Source: Haliotis rufescens (Eukaryota). From it: DNA of 64,000 nt. The translations under genes and the position numbers were made by a program. The notes beneath the pieces were generated by a model. The model ran no database searches and had not been told where the DNA came from. It was given only the letters and a program-made list of their open reading frames with translations. Every line of letters begins with the position of its first letter. The stretch's first letter is position 1. The stretch spans positions 8,060,001 through 8,124,000 of the forward strand of contig NW_025963802.1 in NCBI RefSeq assembly GCF_023055435.1. Direction: 5' to 3'. Below are positions 37,689-49,600 of the stretch, one piece after another.

Positions 37689-40600
37689 ATGGACGACAGG
37701 ATTGATCAGCGTTGTGTAATCTTACGAGGCTTCCCTCCAACCCCTAACCCCAATCAGGATATACATAGCCTTCTCAACAATCTCGCTGGGATACAGATTA
37801 AAAATATCTGTCAACTGCACACCCTGTCTACCACCAACACACCGGACTGGGTTGTACTGTGCCAGAATGTGGAAGGTCAGATTTGTTCTCAGATTTGTTA
37901 CGTGTAGGTCTTAGTTAAATGTAGCCAGACACCGTTGACCGAACAGGTTTGACAAATTTCACAAACATAGGTAATAGTTGACGCCTGTGCTTTCTCCCCG
38001 CCACAGTATGTTCGCTTATCAGCTGCTTACTCCTTGGGTAGATATCAAGTGGGGTCATACTGTGGTCGTCGCTTTTTTACACACGTCATACTATGTATCG
38101 GGCATAGTTGGTTGGTTGGTTTGTTGTTGAACGCCGCACTCAGCAATATATTCCAGCTATATGACGGCGGTCTGTAAATAATCAAGTATGGACCAGACAA
38201 TCCAGTGATTGATATCATGAGCATCTATCCACGCAATTGGGATCAATGACATGCATCAACCAAGTCAGCGAGCCTGACCACCCGATCCCGTTAGTCGGGC
38301 ATAGTGTAAAGTAAGGAATGGATTTTAGAAAGGAGTTTGGATTTGAATACTGGAATGGAATTTGGAGGGAGGGAGGGGGAGAAAATAAAATATGAAAATA
38401 TAACAAAACGCGGCGCAGACTATATTAATAAAATAAATAAACTTTAGCACTAAATTAATTTGCCGAGATGAAATACTGTAAAAGGTAAATTCGGTTAGGT
38501 TAACTAATGTTTTTAAACATTCTCACATAAAAGTGTTGTGTGAACGTATCTCTTAACATTCAAATGTTAAAATTGTTGTGTGGTTTATGTGGGCGTTTCT
38601 GCGCAATAAAAGTCATGATTTTGTAATTGAGTTGACTCGTCCATAACAACCTCTGTAACACGAGATGACACGCCAGAAGTATTAGTCCTGCATCATGGCT
38701 GTGGAATGATATCCATGCTTTCCGTAAAAAGTGACTATGCTTGTCGTAAGCGGCGAGATTTCCCGCATATGCTCCCAATTTTCATGTCTATTATCTGTAC
38801 CTTTGCTCCCAACAGCGATTGTCATATATCTCTCAATTTTGGAAGCGATCGTTCGGCCATGGCGTTTATCTCCGTTGCTCAGCTACATCTACGAGGTGCA
38901 ACTCACTTGACCATCGCTATCGCGTGGGAAATACCGGAATTTGAACACTCGTGTCGTAAACAGAAAACACAGGCGCATATCTGAGTTCAGAAAAGTCATA
39001 AGTGCCCTAGGGTCATATCACGTCACGAGACAACACTATACTGTTTCCGTCATCCGGACGGCATTGGTCACGTCATTCGACATTCGTCACTACTCGCCCC
39101 TTTCCGTGACCTACAAAAAGACTCGTCCCCCTATCGATGAATGTTATGTGCGAAAATACGACAAACCAATCAGAATGCGCGTATGATTTCAAGTTCTTTG
39201 TCAAAGAATCCCTCAGAAATAATATTTGAAACCAAAGACACAGTTAAATGTGTTCAAACATACTGTGTAATTCCGCATGTCCTGATCTGCACTAAATTGC
39301 ATCTGAAATATATATACTATACGGGGAAATATGTGTGAACCATTACACAACGAGTTGACAACTGTTTTAGGTATGCCCGTTTGCGCTAAGACGGAACCCG
39401 ATCGCAAAAATGGCCACGAGAGGGGCACGAGTCGCTATTCGGCTTGTCCCGGAATAACACGAGTTGGTCACGAATGGTCATTCGAATCTTATTCACTACT
39501 CGCCCCTTTCCGTAACATGTTTGTCCCGGAATAACACGATTTGGTCACGAATGTTATTGTGACGTGAGGTCGGAATGACGTGACACTATAAACGACGTCA
39601 TAGCTGAAAATTGTGTCGTCATTCGACAAATTGTGGTTCCGCTGCTGTTGCGACTTTCTGTCCTTATTGACCTTTTTCACACTTCGGTACTTCCGGTTTG
39701 AAAGCGAGGCTTGGAGAGCATCGCTGCTTATGCAGGTAGTGTCAACACACAGGAAGTAATGGCTCACTGTTCGGTCCCATTCTGTACGAGCGATCGGAGA
39801 AAAGCAGTTTCTTCGGAATTGTCTTTTTCCAATTTTCCTAAAGACAAGCATCTCAGGAGGAAATGGATCGCAGCCATACGTCGAGATGTGAGCAACTCCT
39901 TCCAGGTAAGCAGACTGTCTGTAGTGGTACATGTGTCGAATCACGAAAAATGTTTATCGCCAGTTCACAAGAAGTCCGACTAATTTGTTGCAAACAATGA
40001 TACCACAAAATTATATTTCACTAAAAAATGACAAGAACATCGTGTTCTACATTATTCTAGGTAAAATAATAATTGTTTACATGTAATTTCAAAATTTACT
40101 TCAATATTTCGAGCCATTCGTTACCGATGAGCTCTTGACAACTTCATCACACGATCAGTGAATGGGTTGACATAAACAGACGGCAAACCTAATGTTATGT
40201 AAAAAATGTATTATTTATTTAAATGTTGATAATCTGGGGAAAGATTTACTTGAATGCAATGCCAGTAAGTAACACTGACACAATAGTCGACCTTATACTT
40301 GAGAAATAGTTATGTAATAAATATTTGTGGTTTGGGCCCTAGGCCTATAGATCTATATTGACTAAGCATGTCTGTCTCTATGGCTGCCTGAAAAAAAATG
40401 TAAATATTATTTTGATTAAAGAATACTACCGGTTAATGAAATGTTATGGTTATGGTCGTTTTGCTATCCTGCAAGTCAGGTTTATTTTCAGCAATCCTTG
40501 TACTGAAAATGTTCATACATTAAGGTAATATACAGGTAACTTCTACCTTATGTATGCTACTTTTAACATTTTATGGCCATAGATTTTGTAATAATGGTTA

Positions 40601-43600
40601 TATACATATATGTTTTTTTACAGCTTCACTATTTTGAATAATAGAAACTTAATAACATTGTTAAATATGTTTATTGATGTTAATTTTTTTTGTTTCAGAT
40701 TGGTCGCAATATTATTTTGTATGCTCTAACCACTTCAAGCAATGTGAAATTAAAAGAGGTCTGGGAGGGCACAAAAAGAGGCTTGTTCCAGGAGCTGTTC
40801 CATGTATTTTTAGATGGAACAGTGCCAACAAGAGTAAACCAACCAACAAGGTCCAGGACAGAAGGTATTGATTTGACTATCTCTTATTATCATATCAATT
40901 ATTACATATAATATACAGTTCACTAAAATAGTTGTAATCATAATTTGTCATGACATTAATATTTTATTTAATCATTCATTTCTATTCCAGTGCATGTACT
41001 GTACAGTGTGTGACACTGTAAATGTATTATGATTATATTAATGTGTAAATATATTATTATTATAATAATGGCAGTATTGCTCCCAGACAGGTGCGCGGAA
41101 GCTATGTCCAATTTTTTAAAAGTACTGATTTAACTTCGAAATTTTACTGCATTCGCCATCTTTGTTTATTTGACTTGACTATTGTCATTGACTTATTACA
41201 TTTCTTTGTGTGAGTGTTGTCCAAAATGCACCCAATTGCTTAAAATGCAATCAAAAGTATAAAATATTTATGTGAACCCCCCAAAAGTTTTCCTCTTTTT
41301 GAGGGAAAACCTGCACACATCCCTGATGATATAATTTATGGTACCAAAATTACTATTCTAGGATATGCTTATTTACGAGGGAATATGAAATGTTCCGTGA
41401 CTTACACTTTTCAGGTTGGATAGCATGGACTGTGTACCAACAATGCCTACACCAGCTGACACTGCAGATCTGGCTTCGACTACGGCCAGTGACCCGACCC
41501 AAACGTCTACTCCCCACCTAACAGCAGATCATGATTACCATGAGAAACAACATGCCACAACTGAAGAAAAATTAGCTTCTGCACATGCAGAGATAAAACG
41601 CTTACAAAATTGTGTAAATGTTCAGTCTGCAAAATTATTTTCTATAAGGCGTTTCGCTACCAATCCTATGGACATCAATTTTTATACAGGTTTTGCTGAT
41701 TTCAATGAGCTAGATCATTTTTTTCAGTGGCTCTATCCTACTGCTTCAAAGATGCAAACCTGGACACAGTTTCAGAGAGGCACTGATGTTGACAAACTAC
41801 ACTGTGGATTTCCATGTTCTTTGTCATTGTTTGACCAATTATTTGTGTTTCTCATTAGAGTAAGACAAGGTTACCCTGAAACACACTTGGCACATCTGTT
41901 TAATGTCATTATTTCAACTATTTGTAGAATAACTATTACATGGGCCAATTATCTGTATTTTTTGCTTGGATGTGTATGCATTTGGCCCTCTAGAGAAATG
42001 ATAAATGAAAGAATGCCACCAGAATTTAAATGTTCTTATCCTGCAACACGGGTTATTGTTGACTGTACTGAATTGAAATTTCAAACGCCAACCTCTAGGG
42101 TTGTCAATTCAGAAATGTTTTCGCATTATAAAACCCACACCACTATGAAAGCATTGATTGGTATTGCTCCCCATGGGCCAATTACTTTTATCAGTTCCCT
42201 TTATGAAGGATGTATTTCTGATAAGGAAATAACCAAACAGAGTGGTCTCTTGTCATTGTTAGAGGTAGGCGATGGAGTTATGGCTGACAAAGGGTTTTTG
42301 ATTGATGATCTTCTTCACTCTACTGGTGCTCACTTGATTATCCCCCCCTTCCTCTCAAAATCAAATGATTATCAGTTTACTAGAAAGGATGTAGAAAACA
42401 CACAGGAAATATCCAGACTACGTATACATGTGGAGAGAGCTATCAGAAGAGTGAAGGAATACCATATTTTTGATGGCATAATTCCATTAACCATTGTAGG
42501 ATCTGTAAATCAAATTTGGACTGTTTGCTGTCTATTATCAAATTTCAGGGGTGATGCAAAGAGAAAACTTATGAAACATAACATGGCTAATGACTTTGGA
42601 CCATTACTTGAACCATGTCATCATGGTGTGTCATCTTGATAAATACTCATTAAACAGAAATGTGATAATTGTTTACTGGTACATTACTTCAATATGGTAT
42701 ATTATGCAATCAGTTTTGCAAGTTCTTGTGTCATAGTTGAATGGCATGGTAATGGGAGAGTGGAAACATCTTTATTTCCTTGTATTACTAATACATTCAT
42801 GCTGAAACAGTGCAACTAAAGTTTTCAAAACTGAAGTATGTCAATACCATAACAATTTGATCATTCATGAATATGTGTGTACATATCTTACCATGGTTAC
42901 ATGTCTAACACATCAATTGTCAATGTCTCATGTCAGAGAAGTAAAGAAATTCATCCTTCATGAAACACATGAATTACAATGTCACTTGGCTGATGTATGA
43001 ATCACATCATTACCCGATTACTAATGTAAAACTTCATTACCCATAAAAATAGACATTTACGGGTTGATATGTCAGTAGTCTGTCTGGTTTCCAACCGTAC
43101 AAGCTACTTGTCAAATTACTTTCCATTCATTACATCAGTCAACTTGCCCCTTACTGATAATATTGTTTAGATTTTACCAAGGATGTAATTTATGAAATAG
43201 TTGAAGTAAAACAGATCCAACCTGGTTTTCATTTCATTGCAAAATTCTTCATTGAAATATATTCTCTCCAAGTGGTAATCATCTTTGCACCAAACAAAGA
43301 AATCGACCTACCTGGCCCCAGAGAGTAACATTTGCCCCATTACTTGATGATAATGCTGGAATGTTTCTTTGAGCTTGTATGTACCTTGAGATGTTAACTT
43401 AAGGTAGTTGATATTTGATATGGATTGTGCAGTGGAACATTTGATTTCTAGCAAACCCCAAGGGTCACTCTCAGACGGGTCATATACCCGCCTGTCTGGT
43501 GAAGTGGCTAGATATGGACATGTATGGTTAATGACAATTCCACAAGCATGGACATTAAGCTTCTGCAGCCTTGAATATGCCTCAGCAGCAGAGTCCTCAT

Positions 43601-46600
43601 TCTCCATGCCATACTTCATAGCCTCAGTTTGTCTTTTGGATTTCAGTAGAGAGTCACACAAATGTTCAAAATTATCTTGTCTGGTATGCACAAATTTAAA
43701 GTTACTTGAAGATAGGCGATGTGCCTTAAGTTCCAACCACTTCTTTTGCTCACATTGATCTTGTGTTTCCTGCTCGTATAAAGCACTCTGTGTTGATGAA
43801 ACTGACAGTCCATCGAGAAATGTTTGTTGGTTTGATGTAAGTGGGCCATTTAGTTTGCTTTTAATATCAGGCGTTACAAAAGGTGGGGGAAAGGGGTGTG
43901 AATGGTTTATGATATGACTTTTGTTTATGTTTGATATATGAGGCTGTTGAAGTGAAATGGTTGAACCTTTGGGAACTTGACCAAACGCAGAAAGTACAAG
44001 AACTATATCATTCATATTCGGAATGATTGATGAGAACTGATTAGCCTTAGGATTTTGTCCACAAATGTTTTTTAGAGTGGAAGAAAATTCATTATGGTTG
44101 ATGTCTTTGGGCAAGGGATTGTATAGAGTAGACCTCAAACCATCAAGGCATCTCTTTTTTAAAGGGACAGGTTTCGCATTGGAAGATGATGAGTGAGTAA
44201 GTGTAGGAGAAGCAGAGGAAGTGTTAGTAGAGGCAGCAGATGTAGTTGAGGCAGCAGATGTAGTAGAGGCAGCAGATGAAGTAGGGGCAGTAGAAGAGGT
44301 AGTATCTGTTGATGACTTAGATGTAACAGATCCACTGGCAGGTGTTTTTATTTTTTGAACAGTGATTTGGTCTACCTTTTTGGCAAAAAGGCCTTTACTT
44401 CTTTGTGGAACGTGCCATGTCTGTGGCAGCGATGTTTTTGACAATGCAGGTGGCACTGTTTTTAAGTCAAGGGATTGATAGTGTTGTAACAAATACAGTA
44501 AACCAATCACGTGATTACATTTGCCCTGGCCAGATTCACAATTACATGAAGTCTGCTCAATGAGAGTTGAATCGGTTGTATTGATCCAGATCTGAAAAAT
44601 ATCACTGGTAGTCTATTGTTATTATTGTTTTATGTGGTAATATCTGCTCAGTGTAATAGCACTTTTTTCTTATGAGGATTAATTGGCCTTGTCCAATTAT
44701 AACCATGACTTGAAAATAATTATGCAGGGAACCCAGTTATCTTTTCTAAGCCTTGAGCATACTAAAGGTTTCTTCACTAAATTGATTGTTCTTCAGACTA
44801 TTGATTCAAGGTGTGGGTTTTCAATAAATGAGAATTTTAATTATCTTTCCATCAAAAAGTACTTTATTTTCACAGCCACAATTGTTTTAAATGTATCTTA
44901 ACGAGAAAATATGAAACAATTTATTGAGTACAAAAACACAATTTCCTTTTGGTTTTATTCACCTTCATGTGATAAGGGGTTTCATTCTTTTTTATTGACT
45001 TGAAGTTTCGAGCTCTGCAAACTGCTCCATCAGGTTGAGGAGATACTATAATCATAAAAGTAATTGAATATCCTGCCTGTTATAATCATGATAATATCAA
45101 TGTATATAATTGATTTAGAACAGGTCTGTAAAATAAACCCTTGTATACAGTTTATATCATTCTTTGTTGTATTTAATTTGCCTGCATGTGTTTACTTTTA
45201 GTCTGACTCATGTTACCATAAAATGGTGAGTTATTACACATTTACTTCTTTGGATTTATGTGAATGTTTATTGGTCACACAGCAGATCATATGGACACAG
45301 TCATATTACTCAAATGTGGAGGGCAATAGAACATTATCTGAGCTCCCTGGTAATGTTTAACACTGAACATGAATGGTACACTATGTACAGTGAAAAACAA
45401 AATTGATGGAAAACTGTGAAACGAATCTTTACTTAAGGTGAGTTGCTGCAGGTTCTTAGGCTTATGATGATAAAGGGACTTTTTCACAAGTTCAACACGT
45501 TTTCTTTGAGGTTACAACAAATGTGAGTAGAAATTTATGTTTTGATAAAATATGGTATCTGCTTCAGCCTAACAATAGTTATGTGACATATGAGAAATTC
45601 ATACAAATCATACAGTGATCAACGCAGCAATATATATTTTTTTATCTTTAAATTTCAGTTTTACACATACTGTTATATTACTCATTTCATGTTAAAAACA
45701 ACACCCAATATTTTTTTTATGATTTTTCATTGCTACTACAGTAGGAAGCTAACACGTTTTTTTGTTTTGGAAAATATTTATACTTCTGGTGGAATGTAAA
45801 CAATGAAAAAAATCCGATTATTCATTTCCAAAGCTGTTCTTATTTGGACTCATATCAATAAGAAAACAAATCGAAACAACTTCACAGCCAAATTAAAGTG
45901 TTGTTTATTGTTTACTAAACAATGTGATGTAATGATTATCACATCAACAATACTAGGTGTCACATGTATTATAAAAACCGCAAGATGTGTGTTTTTGGAG
46001 GACTTTGATAAGATAATATTTAACGGAAAATTCACTTCCGGGTTGCCGACACAACCAAGCCCCTACCTTCAACATCGAATATGTATCCCTCGCAAAAATT
46101 GCCATAGGCTCTTTTTAATACTTTTCTGGGGACTTTTGCAATTTGGTTTACCCAAGTTTTAACAAAACCGGGTCTTATGACCGGGACACAGTTTAAATTT
46201 TTGGTCCACACAGTCTTCGCGCTCAAATTGGTGGAAGCCATTTCGATACTGATTCCTTGACACGGAAGCACCGAATGCTCTCCAAGCCTCGTTTTCGATC
46301 CAAGATGGCGAAAGTGTGAAAAAGGTTAATAGGTAAACACTAAAATTCGTCTCTGTATGTAGACATCTTCTTCGGTAATAAAAAGAACATTATATTCGTG
46401 TTCATATTCGCTCTCGCTCGGGAAATACCGGAATTTAGACATATGTCGTAGACATAGTATGACATGAACACTCATATAATATCCTCTATATATGTCCCCA
46501 CACAAAACACAGGTGCTGTGCCGGAGGGACATATATGTCCTACACAAAAGTCAAGTTACACGGTGCGGGCCTTACACTAATCGATGTTACTGCCCTCCTA

Positions 46601-49600
46601 TTAAAAGGGATACCAGTGAGTGAGTGAGTGAGTTGAGTTAAACACCGCTTTGAACACGTGTTCAGCTTGTGGGAGGAAAACCACTTTGGTGAAAAACACG
46701 AGTACGTGTATGTTGCTTAAAGACCTAGACACATAATAGGGGCGAACCGGGATTCGAACCCACAGTCATAGGTATCTGGCTTGCCAAAGGGACATAACTC
46801 CCAACGAATTGCGGCGCCTCAGGCGACTGAGCCCCCCGTGCCCCCAAAGGGCATACTGTGAGTAGGTGCTACTAGCACTTGGGACATGGCAAGGTGAAGG
46901 AGTGGAATTCAGTGGAAATATGTCATTATCGAGTGATTACTGGGGTATTAACTTCTGAATTCATGCTTGGAACCAAATCAAAACTCGTCAATGGATTCAT
47001 GAAAATGATATTTGTGCATACGGCAATAAACGATGATCATGTTTCATAGTGTAGTTTTATCTGAAATAATCCCCGAAAGTCTCTAAACACCTGTTGTTAC
47101 ACGCACTTGATGTTATGTCATACACTACTTGAATATGTTTCATGCGATAGATCGTAATATGTTTCACTCCTTGCGCCATGATACCAGTTTCAGTCATGCC
47201 CAAGGCTAGATATACACTCGTTTGAGCCAATCTGGACATGGTGAATTCGGTGTCACACATACAACTGATGAACGTTTGTTGTATCATTACCTTGGAGACC
47301 CAACAGTCCATGTGCTTGTAATGTGCCATGAAGGACACGTTCCGGCCAGTTTGTCTCATAGATATGAACAGTTTCTGTTCAGTGATCGAATCCCAAAACG
47401 ATGAATGGAACATTTTTGGACACACGTCGTTCCATTACTATGTGTATTTATGTTTGCAAAAAAATAACTTGCATGAGGTTCGAAGTTGAGATGTGCATTT
47501 CTTTTGGAACATAGTACACGACAAAGCGAATGAGTGAGTTGGGTTACATTTATCTTGTATTAGATCATGGCGTTGGAGGAATTATTTGTATATTTTGATA
47601 TGAATTATTAAGCAAGTTTGCGCACTATAACACACAAAACACGAGTCAAACACACACAGAGTGTCACAAGTGGTAGATGTTTATCACTTTGGGCAACACA
47701 TGGCAGGGTGGACATCCCGGGCATTCTGACATTTTAACCCTTAACCCATCACGACCATCCAGACCTTGTTCCACAAAGTAACCTTGGCGACACGACTGTC
47801 GTAAGAACAGGCCTTAGGTACTTTTGGCAACCTGGACAGATTGTTGATCCCTAGATGCGCTATGCCTTGGGAACAATGGCTTTAAGGCCTTAAGACATTG
47901 ATGTTTACACTTATCAACACAAACATTCATAAATTGGCAACAATAAATGAGATCAATCTATGTAAAGAAGTTTTATGTTTCAATCCATGAACCATTGCAG
48001 ATGCAAATGCAATCAAGGGCAAGGTGTTTCCAAATTACCAAGGATGTCAGCTGATTATATCACCTTGTGGAGCTGAAGATGTGCCGCAAGAATGGAGGAC
48101 ACCTGCTTCGAAACCTGAGGTATGTGAAATACTTAAACAATTTCCCTATCAGGTTCGATGTAAGGTCATTATATTCTCTAATCCATGTTCATAGTATATA
48201 CAGCACAGACACTCGGTCAGATTGAATATTTCCCATGAAACGATGTCTTATATCATGTGATGTGTGGTTCAGTTAGCGTTCAGTTAACATATGCTCATGA
48301 TATAGTCAGATATGGAAAGGGATTTGTCGCTTTATTTCCTTCTGGTTTGTCTTTTGTTTTACTCACCTGGCCTGATAGAGGGGCCATGTAATGAAATTTA
48401 GCACACACATATTCTGGATTTTGCAATAATCTAAATTTTAACCTTTTTATATTTAAAATTTAATAATATTTGGTAAGTGGACAGTTAGTAATAGGGTTAA
48501 ATTTGAACCTTTATTTGACCTTTGCTCTTTGACCATGCTTCAAAAGTTGTTTCATCAAAGCTTTGAAAACGTTTTATGGAAGACATGTGGAACACATTTC
48601 CAAATTTTACGCATCAGTGAGAATTTCCTGTTTGTCAGGTGAAGAATTGACTTGCATTTGCATGTGTTTGTGACGGGTGCCACCGGTGAGGCAGGATACG
48701 CTTAACTTTTCGCGAACACCTGGAATAAACACATGCTGATAATACAGTCAGAATCGAACAATCAACTGCATTCAGAGGAGATTTCTTATAAGTATGGAAA
48801 GGGTTTTCTCGCCTTTACCCGAATCCTTCCAAAATGCATTTTCTTCACACTGCAAACATCACCTCACAGCTGGACGAATAAAGCTGAAATTTCACATACT
48901 TTTTCCCAACAATGATGACACCTAATTGTCTTCAAGAGGTTCGAATTTAATTTTCAAAATGACCACATGACAGTCCACAAAACCCCTCTATTTATGACTA
49001 CTATCATTTCTGTTCAGAATGTACTATATTGCTCTTATGGTCTCTCCAAAGTTATATATGACAATCTTCCATGAACTTTCCAGAGTGGGGGAACCTGAAC
49101 TTTGGCATGTGTGTTTCTCGCTATGATGATATTTCTTGAGGATTTTTCTTTGTGAAACAGTTTGAAATACTCTTCTAAGCGGGTATATAGGGTCATAGTA
49201 ACATTGAGTAAAGTACGTTTAACTGTTGTGTATTGCAACAATATTCCACAAAAGTACATTGATTCTTGCCGATTTAGAAATGTATGGACTTTCAGTAAGC
49301 TGCTTTCATATTTGTTAATACATTTGTTATCTGTACTTATGCAGAAAATATTTGAATAGTAATGTATTTATTATATGTAACATAATATAGCATTTTAAAA
49401 AACCGCCGACATTAAGTTTAAGGGCTTTAGAGATTACAAAAATCTGAAACCTTGCTTCACCTATTATTTTTCACATTACAATATTACAGGGGACGATGCG
49501 TTCTTTGAGGTCAAACAATGCTTTCGGATCATCTCCAGGAGGTTATCAACATGGTCAGGATATACTAGAAGAACCGCCCATGTCAGGTTTTAAGTCAATG

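Larger units (their letters stand above)
39668..46328. mobile_element. Full-length two-gene ISL2EU-like (PIF/Harbinger-related, PHIS group) DNA transposon, 6661 bp, in PARP14-like intron 1
   Basis: Left end AT|TGACCTTTTTCACACTT; right-end reverse complement AT|TAACCTTTTTCACACTT. Shared subterminal box GAAA(G/A)CGAGGCTTGGAGAGCAT on both sides. Convergent THAP-DDE and SWIM-YqaJ genes inside. Confidence 0.88.

Noticed and set aside
41416-42639. Domesticated host gene such as HARBI1 or THAP9
   Set aside because: Lies within matched transposon termini with a partner gene and has a frameshifted THAP exon.
43308-44510. Viral or phage exonuclease insertion
   Set aside because: The gene has spliceosomal introns, lies inside transposon termini and has no other viral genes nearby.
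47855-47900. Candidate second exon of the PARP14-like gene
   Set aside because: Reaches a stop in the required phase; 48001-48119 stays open, completes the RRM-like domain and has better splice sites.
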